IMG/VR virus record: IMGVR_UViG_3300005937_000006
Span: 1-64,000 of that record
Source of the DNA: a virus
Lineage: Duplodnaviria > Caudoviricetes
Strand: one strand, 5' to 3'
DNA length: 64,000 nt
Position 1 is the first letter of the stretch, and each line of letters opens with the position of its first letter. Under the pieces are notes generated by a model that made no database searches, was not told where the DNA came from, and saw only the letters and a list, made by a program, of their open reading frames with translations. The position numbers and the translations under genes were made by a program. Positions 56,841 through 64,000 of the stretch are shown here, piece by piece.

Positions 56841-57001
56841 CACTTCAGCATCGCTCCAATCACGCCGAAGAGGATCGGCACGACCAGTACGAAGAACACG
56901 ATCAGCCCAATGGAGCCGAGACAGCCCCACATGATGCTGAGACAGCCGAGCTTGAAGGCTCGGTCCATCCAGGTGTCAACGCTCGTGGGTGTCTCGCTCA
57001 T
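56840..57001 (-). CDS. Small membrane protein
   Basis: Long hydrophobic stretch; ATGA overlap. Confidence 0.6.
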   Translation of the reverse strand: MSETPTSVDTWMDRAFKLGCLSIMWGCLGSIGLIVFFVLVVPILFGVIGAMLK

Positions 57002-57375
57002 GCTCTGTGGCCTTTCAGGGCCTTGTGTGCCCGAACCAGGGTGGAGACTTCGGGCAGATGACGCCCGAACCAACTGTGCGAGCCGTCCTGATTGTGCAGG
57101 ATGCGCTCGAACAGGTCACCTTTGATCTCTAGGGCATCTCTGGGGAGCGTCCTGCAATGCGTCGGGACGCTCGCGTCGATGACGCGCTCCTCGCCGTTGA
57201 TCGTAACGACCGGCCAGGGGCCGAAGAGCTTCGTGCAGGAGCGCACGATGACGTAGAACTTCTGGTGTGCCAAGCCCTGGACGATCATGTCGCGCGGGCA
57301 CGGTACCAATTCGGTGTCGGGTGGGCGCAGGCTCTCGTGATCGAGAACGAGGTCCACGGCGATCAGCAGTTTCAT
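56998..57375 (-). CDS. Hypothetical protein
   Basis: RBS ggag. Confidence 0.6.
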   Translation of the reverse strand: MKLLIAVDLVLDHESLRPPDTELVPCPRDMIVQGLAHQKFYVIVRSCTKLFGPWPVVTINGEERVIDASVPTHCRTLPRDALEIKGDLFERILHNQDGSHSWFGRHLPEVSTLVRAHKALKGHRA

Positions 57376-57395
57376 GTGTTGGATAGCTCCACGGG

Positions 57396-57785
57396 CTAGG
57401 CCCGGCAGTAGACGCGATCTTTGCCGAACCTTCGGTTGATCGCAACGCGGAACAGACGCTCAGCCAGCGCACCTTCGATCTTGTTGCCATGTAACGCGAT
57501 GTAGGTGACGCGCTGAAGGTCGGTCGTCAAGGACGGCGGGGCCACGCCGATGTACGCGGCGTAGTCGCCACCGTGGTCAGGGTGGAAGCGAATGGACGCG
57601 ACCACCGTCACGGGGACGAGATAGGTCGCGGCATCCGAACCCTGATTGGTCACTGGCGTCTCGCCGGTCTGGTGGCCGGGGATCGTCAGCCCAACGTGCT
57701 GAATCGTCAGCCACATCAGGGTGCGGTCGTCGTCGGTGCGCTCGTAGATGTGGTAGCGAGCGCGCCCTCGCTGGAGTGGCGGCAC
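57396..57785 (-). CDS. Hypothetical protein
   Basis: GTG start with aggaggg RBS. Confidence 0.6.
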   Translation of the reverse strand: MPPLQRGRARYHIYERTDDDRTLMWLTIQHVGLTIPGHQTGETPVTNQGSDAATYLVPVTVVASIRFHPDHGGDYAAYIGVAPPSLTTDLQRVTYIALHGNKIEGALAERLFRVAINRRFGKDRVYCRA

Positions 57786-57786
57786 G

Positions 57787-58071
57787 TTATCTCCCTCCTG
57801 AACGTGGGACGCTGCCGGAGCGGCGTCGTAGCGGCACAACGGGCTGGAGCCTGAACGTGGACGTGCTCGGGAAGCTCTGGCCTTCGTTGCCCTGCCACTG
57901 CGTGAAGTGCAGCGTGCAGAGTACGACCCAGAGCCATCCCGGCTCGTCCTCGTTTGCTGTCGGGGCAACGTAGGTTGCACCGATCTGGCATTCGCCATCG
58001 GGATCGATGGCAGCACAGCGCGGATAGATCCTACGGGAATCCCCGTGTCCAACGCTGACTGAACGGTTCAT
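57787..58071 (-). CDS. Hypothetical protein
   Basis: RBS aggag; C..C..C..H residues. Confidence 0.45.
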   Translation of the reverse strand: MNRSVSVGHGDSRRIYPRCAAIDPDGECQIGATYVAPTANEDEPGWLWVVLCTLHFTQWQGNEGQSFPSTSTFRLQPVVPLRRRSGSVPRSGGR

Positions 58072-58148
58072 ACAGCTCCTCTCTGATGCTGAACGCATCG
58101 GGCACCCTCGAACCCGTGGGGATTCGGGGGTGCTCGCCACGTCGAAGC

Positions 58149-58445
58149 CTAGTACTCAGACGGGAGCAGAATGGTGGTGGACGAGCGGTCAGCCTCGGTG
58201 ATGATCCAGATCTTGGCATCGTCGCCGGGAAGACCGGTCGGCCATGCAGTCAGGATGCGCATGCCCTCGCGAACGGCGTGCATGTTGGCCTGCTGATCGA
58301 AGCTGTCCAGGTGTGGGCATCGTCCGTACGAATGCTCGATCAGCCACGCGGGCAAGCTCTCCGCAACGCCGATGTGCTCCAGGATGCGCATGGCGCCCGG
58401 CGTTGCGACGATCTGGCCCAGATCAACGTGTGGTTGACGGGCCAT
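58149..58445 (-). CDS. Conserved mobile-element hypothetical protein
   Basis: LGQIVATPGA..AN..A..G.RI..KIWIITEADRSSTTILLPSEY. Confidence 0.75.
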   Translation of the reverse strand: MARQPHVDLGQIVATPGAMRILEHIGVAESLPAWLIEHSYGRCPHLDSFDQQANMHAVREGMRILTAWPTGLPGDDAKIWIITEADRSSTTILLPSEY

Positions 58446-58657
58446 TACTTGATGCTCACGATCTTGCCGGTGGCGTCCACGAGCACACGGGCATACCAGC
58501 GATGCGGCTCGGGGTAGTGGGGGCCTTCGATCGAGATCCAGCCGCCGCCATCAGGCAGGCGACCCATGCCCGGCTCGAAGGCGTACATGGACTGCCCGCG
58601 CGTGAGCGCATCCTTGAGGGCTTTCTTGGTCTTGGGGTTGCCGCGAACGTACGTCAT
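58445..58657 (-). CDS. Conserved phage hypothetical protein
   Basis: KTKKALKDA..EGPHYPEPHRWYA. Confidence 0.7.
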   Translation of the reverse strand: MTYVRGNPKTKKALKDALTRGQSMYAFEPGMGRLPDGGGWISIEGPHYPEPHRWYARVLVDATGKIVSIK

Positions 58658-59079
58658 GTGGTCTGCTCCTTGGCGCGTGATTGGATGTACTCGATCAGGA
58701 GATTGCTGGCCTGCACGAGGACGTGCATTCGAGTGCGAAGCTCCGTGTCATCGCTCTCCTCTTCGAGATACTCAGCCCACGTGGTGATCTCGCCGTCGAG
58801 GTCAAGCATCTCTGCGAGTAGGCGCGTGGCCTCGCCCTGGCTTAGTGGCGGCATCGTCGGTCCTTGAGAGGTGGAGCGCCCGTCGTATGACAGGCGCCAT
58901 TCGGTGCTTCCGTTGACCTCAAGCCACTGCGTACCGACCTGGGCATCGAAGGCGTGGGCGAAGCTGTCCACACACGCGCTGGCGTCCCCGTAGGTGAGCC
59001 CCTGTCCGATCAGCACCTCGCGCATCAGTCGGTTGATTGAGAGCCCCAGCTTGATGTCGGGATCTGGCATGTGCTCCAT
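58654..59079 (-). CDS. Hypothetical protein
   Basis: TAATG overlap at 59079. Confidence 0.55.
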   Translation of the reverse strand: MEHMPDPDIKLGLSINRLMREVLIGQGLTYGDASACVDSFAHAFDAQVGTQWLEVNGSTEWRLSYDGRSTSQGPTMPPLSQGEATRLLAEMLDLDGEITTWAEYLEEESDDTELRTRMHVLVQASNLLIEYIQSRAKEQTT

Positions 59080-59255
59080 TAGAGCACCCAGATCCGCTTG
59101 CGCTCGTGCAGCCACTTCAGGAAGCACAAGTGCTCGATCTCGTCCTGGCTGAAGCCCTTGGACATGAGGTCGTACTTCATTTTGTAGATCGTCAGCCGAA
59201 CCTGCTCTTGATGCGTGAGCAGGGCCAGCGACTCGTCGCTGATGGTCAGTGTCAT
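59079..59255 (-). CDS. Small hypothetical protein
   Basis: GFSQDEIEHLCFLKWLHERKRI; RBS gagga. Confidence 0.55.
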   Translation of the reverse strand: MTLTISDESLALLTHQEQVRLTIYKMKYDLMSKGFSQDEIEHLCFLKWLHERKRIWVL

Positions 59256-59339
59256 GTCGGTCCTCGTGGGCGTCGATGCGCCCGGGTTTACCACGGCGTG
59301 ATCTCACGGGAGCCGGTGACGCCATGCCGCTCAGGCATG

Positions 59340-59861
59340 TCAGTCCTCCGTGGCGCGAGCACGATACGCTTCGACGGTCAGCCCGGACAGGGCAGCCAGG
59401 ATCGCGTCGAGGTCGTTGCCGCCGTCTAGGACGGGTTCGGCGGCCGGCGGGGCCTGCGGGGGCTGTGGCGAGCGCTCAGGGGCCTGCCGGGCACGGGCGG
59501 CGCGGGCATCGGCCCTGGCCCGCTTGGCGTGCTGCTGAGCCAGCGCGAGCGCTTGCTCTTCGATGGGCGGCACCTCGTAACGGCCGGCGTAGCGCACCCG
59601 AAGCTGACTGATCTCCCAGCGGACTTCGTCCGTGATGGGATCAGTTTCGCCATCGGGTTCGAGCAGGAAGCTCATCAGGTAGGTGAGCGACCGCTCGTGG
59701 TACTGGAGGGAGGACTCCAGCTTGCGTGCGCGCTCAGGATTGGCGCCCACGGTGCTGGTGGACCGCTCCAGCAATGCGGTGCCATATGCGGTCAGGATCT
59801 CCGTCACGCGTTCGGGCGTGGCGTTGGCCTGGGTGACCGCATACGGGTCGGTGATGGGCAT
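59340..59861 (-). CDS. Hypothetical protein
   Basis: Start MPITDP with aaagggg RBS. Confidence 0.55.
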   Translation of the reverse strand: MPITDPYAVTQANATPERVTEILTAYGTALLERSTSTVGANPERARKLESSLQYHERSLTYLMSFLLEPDGETDPITDEVRWEISQLRVRYAGRYEVPPIEEQALALAQQHAKRARADARAARARQAPERSPQPPQAPPAAEPVLDGGNDLDAILAALSGLTVEAYRARATED

Positions 59862-59991
59862 CGGATGCCCCTTTCTCGTGCGCGGACCCGAGTCCTGCGG
59901 ACTCGGGGTGGCATGCACGTGCTGCGCAAGCACATGGGTACGATGGCGCACGCTTCCGCCGCCACACCGGAGTGGACGGCGGATGCGTGAG

Positions 59992-60174
59992 TCAGTCGTC
60001 GGTGCGTGAGGCTCGCCAGAAGATCAGGACGCCAAGGAGCGAGAGCCCGATCGGTGCCCAGTAGGTGAGCAGGAACGCGCGCGCGTCCAGGTCTGGGCGG
60101 AATCGGATCAGGGCGATGATGCCGATCTCGATGCAGACCAACATGGCGAAGGTGATCGCCACTCGTAGGTTCAT
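59992..60174 (-). CDS. Small two-TM membrane protein
   Basis: Two hydrophobic helices; ATGA overlap. Confidence 0.65.
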   Translation of the reverse strand: MNLRVAITFAMLVCIEIGIIALIRFRPDLDARAFLLTYWAPIGLSLLGVLIFWRASRTDD

Positions 60175-60719
60175 GGCTTCGGCAGATCGAGCGCTTCGGC
60201 CTGCTCATGGGTCACGTAGACGTTGTGCGGCAGGCCGTTGGCCGTGAGCTGCCACACCGTCTGGCCGGCGATGCGGGCCTTGCTGACGCGGGCGGTGGCG
60301 TTGATCAGCCAGTCGTCATGCGCGCCGCGTGCGCTGAAGTCGCGCGTGGCTTCTTGCTCAGGATTGGCGACCACTCGGAAGAGGTAGCCCTTGTGCTGCA
60401 CGCTGTACGAGCGCGCGGGCATCGGCAGAGGCTCCTTGCGAATGGCGTGGCGTGGGTACAGGATCGGCGGCAGCGGCTTGCCAGTGTTCTGGTCGTAGCC
60501 GCCTGGATACTCTTGTGCGTACTGCGTGACGTGCTTGCGCTCAGCGCAGTCGCGAGCCTGATGCTTCATCGGCCAGACGAGACGGCAGTCGTTGCACATC
60601 CAGGCGTACTTGTGCGCGCTGGAGGGGCGGTAGCCGCCCTCGTAGAGCGCCTCCTGAATGTCCGCGTGGATCTTCTCCATCTTGGTGACATGCGCGTCAC
60701 GAGGATCGTGGTAGGTCAT
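60171..60719 (-). CDS. Hypothetical protein
   Basis: RBS gaggag; CNDC..C..H motif. Confidence 0.6.
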   Translation of the reverse strand: MTYHDPRDAHVTKMEKIHADIQEALYEGGYRPSSAHKYAWMCNDCRLVWPMKHQARDCAERKHVTQYAQEYPGGYDQNTGKPLPPILYPRHAIRKEPLPMPARSYSVQHKGYLFRVVANPEQEATRDFSARGAHDDWLINATARVSKARIAGQTVWQLTANGLPHNVYVTHEQAEALDLPKP

Positions 60720-60734
60720 GTTGGATAGCTCCTC

Positions 60735-60762
60735 GGCACCCCCGGGCGAACCCGGGGGTGCC
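60735..60762. other. 12-bp GC hairpin
   Basis: ggcacccccggg-cgaa-cccgggggtgcc (UUCG loop on - strand) just before an RBS. Confidence 0.7.
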
Positions 60763-60782
60763 ATGTGTTGGATTGCTGCCGG

Positions 60783-61280
60783 TCAGTCTGCCTGGAGGAT
60801 GTCGAGCATCCACACGAGCAGGTTGTCCGTCAGGAACAGCAGGGTGGCCTGATGCTCTTTTGGCACCCAGCAGATGTAGTCGTTGTTCAACTCGATGCGG
60901 ACCAGCGCGGTGCTGTCTCCCTTCTTGTACTCGCCGTACTTGCTGATGGCGTCGTCCATGACTTCGCGCACGTAGTACAGCGCGCCCAGGCTGGTGTTCT
61001 CGGGGCCGCGCTTGGCATCGCAGGTGCTATCCTGCGATGCATTCTGCGTGGTACCGCCGGCCGCATGGGTCGGCGTCGTTGCGACCAATGTCATGGTGGT
61101 CGCGGCGAACATCGCGAGTGCGATGTTGGTGAGCTTCTGCCAGGGGCCACGGCGGATCGGCTGCGGGCGCGTGGTCCCGTAGCGCGGCGGCTGCACGAAC
61201 ACGGGGCCATGCAGCGGCTGCTTGCGCTCGCGCTTCCAGGCAGGGAGGCTCATGGCCTCAAGCTCGGTGATCTCGGGCAT
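60783..61280 (-). CDS. Putative secreted or membrane-anchored protein
   Basis: RBS gaaggag; basic N-region then hydrophobic segment ending THA-AG. Confidence 0.6.
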   Translation of the reverse strand: MPEITELEAMSLPAWKRERKQPLHGPVFVQPPRYGTTRPQPIRRGPWQKLTNIALAMFAATTMTLVATTPTHAAGGTTQNASQDSTCDAKRGPENTSLGALYYVREVMDDAISKYGEYKKGDSTALVRIELNNDYICWVPKEHQATLLFLTDNLLVWMLDILQAD

Positions 61281-61385
61281 CACTGTGCCCTCCTTCCCGT
61301 GCACCTCGACGGCGCACGCCCCTGCCAGGGATCGCTCACAGGCAGGGGCGTGGGTCGGGCGAGGCTTTCGCTCTTTTGGTCTTAT

Positions 61386-61463
61386 TACACATGAGAAAAT
61401 CGTAAGACAGATGTTCCACGACCCCCGTCGTAGAACAAACGTCTTACGATTTTCTCATGTGTA
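61386..61463. repeat. 78-nt near-perfect palindrome
   Basis: 23-bp perfect arms (61386-61408/61441-61463) plus inner tgttc/gaaca and acgac/gtcgt stems. Confidence 0.95.
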
Positions 61464-61554
61464 GTACTAGCGAAAAATCGGGCTGTGGACGGGGGATTTT
61501 AGCCAGTTTGGCTAAAAACCGTCGGACAGATGTTCTGGTGCCGAAAGTCTGTTC
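61405..61554. promoter_or_regulatory. Cluster of four GAAC-N4-GTTC-like operator boxes
   Basis: AGAC-agat-GTTC 61405, GAAC-aaac-GTCT 61433, GGAC-agat-GTTC 61524, GAAA-gtct-GTTC 61543. Confidence 0.55.
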
Positions 61555-61655
61555 TATGCATTCCTCCGATCTCGTGATATGGCTATAGGTCAGCGCGATT
61601 CGCTCGCGTGCACGCGCTCGACCGTCACACGAATGTGGCGGGCGAGCGCGTATCG

Positions 61656-61958
61656 CTAGGCGTGTAGCGGGGCGATGTCGGCGTCGAACCAATCGTGTGT
61701 CGGCGTGCCAACCCACCCGCAGAATTCCCAGCCGCTGCGGGCCTCGTGCACGCTCATATGCACGTGATAGGCGATGTCTACGTTGTGGACACCGTCTTCG
61801 GCAGGACGGTTGCACGTGACGAGCACGTGCTTGTATCGCGTGTCGCTTGTGCGCTCCAGCGAGCGCACTGCTTGCGCGAACGTCATGCCCATATCTTCGG
61901 TGGCTTCAAGCTCACCAGTGATTGGGCATACGAGGCGTAGATCGTAGTGCCATCCCAT
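61656..61958 (-). CDS. Hypothetical protein
   Basis: RBS aagga; start MGWHY. Confidence 0.55.
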   Translation of the reverse strand: MGWHYDLRLVCPITGELEATEDMGMTFAQAVRSLERTSDTRYKHVLVTCNRPAEDGVHNVDIAYHVHMSVHEARSGWEFCGWVGTPTHDWFDADIAPLHA

Positions 61959-62024
61959 GTTGGATTCCTTTGAGGCAACGTTGTGACTGCGGGTCACAGC
62001 AGCCACAACGGCCTCGGTGTTAGA

Positions 62025-62303
62025 TTACTCGGCGTCGTCGGCGTCCATGATGCTCTGCTCGATCCCGATCAGGATGTTGCGCGAGATCTCCTGCACCATC
62101 TCGCGCACGGCCCGGCGGGCGAAGCGCCGCTCGGAGCGGTGCTCCAGGGCGTGGTAGGTGGCGCCGATGCTCTGGCCGAGTGCCTCGGCAGCGAGCATGG
62201 CTTCCGCGAACAGTGCTGCCGTCTCCTCGGCGTCATCCCCCAGGAAGAGGGCACGCGCATTCTCCATGCGCTCAGCGACAAGCTCAGCTTGTGACATAGC
62301 CAT
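62025..62303 (-). CDS. Hypothetical helical protein
   Basis: RBS aaggag. Confidence 0.6.
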   Translation of the reverse strand: MAMSQAELVAERMENARALFLGDDAEETAALFAEAMLAAEALGQSIGATYHALEHRSERRFARRAVREMVQEISRNILIGIEQSIMDADDAE

Positions 62304-62682
62304 CTGTGTGGCTCCTTTCCGCGAAGGCTTCGTGCTTCGCGATCTCTACGTCAGGGCGCAGGCTCTGGCGCAGGGATCGACAAGCGACGTGCCTAGAGCG
62401 TGCGACATGGCCTCTGGATGTTGGCCGGCACGCTCGTGCGCATGCACTGATAATTACCCCCACTTTTTTGGCTAAAAATGCCTAAAAAGGCCCCTTTGGG
62501 CATACTTCCGCTCCTTCGGGTCGCTTCGCGCCGCGCGCTCTCCCCCTTAGGCGGGGGCGGTGCATAGATTCTGCGCGGCGCTAGGATAAATTTTCCCCGG
62601 GCCGCGCTGAATTCTCGCCTGGAGTCGTCGTCCCCGGGCGCGCGTCAGGAGGCTCACTGGCGCCCCCCTGGTACCGGGACGC

Positions 62683-62713
62683 CAAGAAGCCCCCTGACCC
62701 ATGTCAGGGGGCT
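62683..62713 (-). terminator. Terminator-like hairpin
   Basis: 11-bp IR agccccctgac/gtcagggggct then tctt on - strand, downstream of 62737-63432. Confidence 0.7.
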
Positions 62714-62736
62714 CCACTCGGAGGGGGTGGGCCGGG

Positions 62737-63432
62737 CTACTTGCCCTTCTTGGTCTGGCCCTTCTTGGGGCGGGCTGGCGCCTGGAGCTTTGCCAGTTCC
62801 GCTTTGAGACGCTCGATCTCGGCCTGGGCGCGGGTCAGCTTGTACTCCGCGCGTACAGCCCGCGTGTGAAGTCTATTCTGCTCGGCCTTGCACAAAGTGT
62901 GCGTTGCGACCTCGGTTACACGGCCCGGTTGGGCGCTGGTGTGGTAGTCGGCCACGGGCGGGAGCGGTTCGAGCTTCGGCAGAGGCTCCAAACGCAGTTC
63001 TTCGGGATTTTTTAGCCCCTCATATAGCGATACCTCGCTGTGGCTATAAGTATCGAGCCTCGCGCCGACCTCGGGATACTGGACCTGGACGCTCCGTAGC
63101 TCCCCTCGGGGCATGGTCGGTCGGTTCCCGCCCAGCCCGCGCACCCGTATCCCGGCAACGCGCTCCGCGTGGCCTTCGGTCCGTACCGGCCCGCAGCGGC
63201 ATAGCCAGGGCTGCTCTTTCGTGCCAAGGCACTCGCCCCACGCCGCGTGCTTCACGAGCGGTGCTTCGGGACTCCCACCGCGCAACGGTTTCACGGTCAG
63301 GCGAGCGGTGGGGTCCACCTCCGTCGCCTCGGACTCCGGTGATTCTCCGGAAGCCGCGGCCTCTACATCGGCCTTGCTGATGTTCCCAAGGGACATCAGC
63401 TCAGCGAAAACGTCATCTAGGCTGGACATCAT
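62737..63432 (-). CDS. Hypothetical protein
   Basis: RBS ggagg; C-terminal coiled coil and basic tail. Confidence 0.5.
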   Translation of the reverse strand: MMSSLDDVFAELMSLGNISKADVEAAASGESPESEATEVDPTARLTVKPLRGGSPEAPLVKHAAWGECLGTKEQPWLCRCGPVRTEGHAERVAGIRVRGLGGNRPTMPRGELRSVQVQYPEVGARLDTYSHSEVSLYEGLKNPEELRLEPLPKLEPLPPVADYHTSAQPGRVTEVATHTLCKAEQNRLHTRAVRAEYKLTRAQAEIERLKAELAKLQAPARPKKGQTKKGK

Positions 63433-63456
63433 CGGCCTCCGCAGGCACGGCGAAAC

Positions 63457-63515
63457 CCCGGCAGGGCCTGCCTGCCGGGTGAGACGCGCGAAGCGGGCGG
63501 CCTTTCGGCCGCCCG
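63457..63515. other. Two adjacent GC hairpins
   Basis: cccggcagg/cctgccggg and gcgggcggcc-tttc-ggccgcccgc in the intergenic gap. Confidence 0.7.
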
Positions 63516-63524
63516 CGTGAGGGC

Positions 63525-63989
63525 CTAAGCGCGGGCGAACTCGCGCACGCTGGCGGCCTGCGGATAGTTGGCGACTTCGGCATCACGAAGAGCGTTGAAG
63601 CACTTCGCGTGAGCGTTGAACTCTTCGCCCGTCATGCCTTCGAGCGCCCGCGTCGAGTTCTGCCGGAAGTTCGGCAGAGCAACAGCGCCCGCGTTCTCGA
63701 CGATTTCTGACACGCGGCAGGCGCCGCATGGACGGTCACCGGTTGGCCGGTAGCCTTCGGCATTGTGCTGAATGGCCCGGTACAGAACGCCATCCTTGTC
63801 GCGAAGCTCTTTGTTCCCGTTCTGCTTTGCCGGCTTGCCCGGCTTGCCGGTCACTGGCGCGGCCTTCGGCTTGCCGAAGAGATCAAGAGCGGCGAACTGT
63901 GTTGCGAATGCCGCGCGGAGTCCGTACGCGGCCTCGTCGCGAGCGTTCAGGGTATCAAGCTCGCGCTCGCGCTCAACACGCAGGATCAT
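63525..63989 (-). CDS. Hypothetical protein (may extend beyond window)
   Basis: CGAC motif; frame open to window end. Confidence 0.5.
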   Translation of the reverse strand: MILRVERERELDTLNARDEAAYGLRAAFATQFAALDLFGKPKAAPVTGKPGKPAKQNGNKELRDKDGVLYRAIQHNAEGYRPTGDRPCGACRVSEIVENAGAVALPNFRQNSTRALEGMTGEEFNAHAKCFNALRDAEVANYPQAASVREFARA

Positions 63990-64000
63990 CTCGTCAATCA

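Larger units (their letters stand above)
1..64000. mobile_element. Tailed dsDNA phage (siphovirus-like) genome segment
   Basis: Contiguous head-neck-tail gene order on + strand; converging early/replication genes on - strand; no housekeeping genes. Confidence 0.97.

Noticed and set aside
61386-61463. Protelomerase target (telRL) of a linear plasmid prophage
   Set aside because: The centre of the palindrome is imperfect and no protelomerase is visible; not excluded if one lies outside the window
63440-63525. Hammerhead ribozyme (GAAA-loop hairpins)
   Set aside because: No CUGANGA core on either strand; ordinary hairpins suffice
1-64000. tRNA, integrase, attP or CI-like repressor
   Set aside because: No cloverleaf, recombinase motifs or repressor/peptidase pattern was recognised by eye

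Overview
The whole window is one tailed dsDNA phage (siphovirus-type) genome segment, with no host genes recognised. On the + strand, 1-34.2 kb is the virion module. It runs from a partial HK97-type portal, prohead protease, major capsid, neck and tail tube to tail assembly chaperones with a -1 frameshift and a ~3066-aa tape measure. Dit, an S74-chaperoned fibre, three tandem beta-helix spikes, a repeat-bearing Gp37/Tal-like protein and a small holin-like ORF follow. On the - strand, 34.2-64 kb holds early and replication genes: a C5 methyltransferase, ParB-like protein, GIY-YIG, 3D-domain protein, UvrD-like and SNF2-like helicases, RepB-type primase, SSB-like protein and many small hypotheticals. 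No terminase, integrase, repressor, DNA polymerase, endolysin, tRNA or CRISPR array is visible. Four features stand out. (1) A SAM-methyltransferase plus CgeB-like glycosyltransferase pair is translationally coupled inside the neck/tail-tube genes, a candidate virion glycosylation and methylation system. (2) An AT-rich control region at 61.4-61.55 kb has a 78-nt near-perfect palindrome and four LexA(SOS)-box-like sites. (3) The giant tape measure has exact 49-, 46- and 24-aa periodicities. (4) The adsorption apparatus is complex and possibly branched. Two leaderless genes run against their surrounding operons. All assignments come from motif recognition by eye; no database searches were run.
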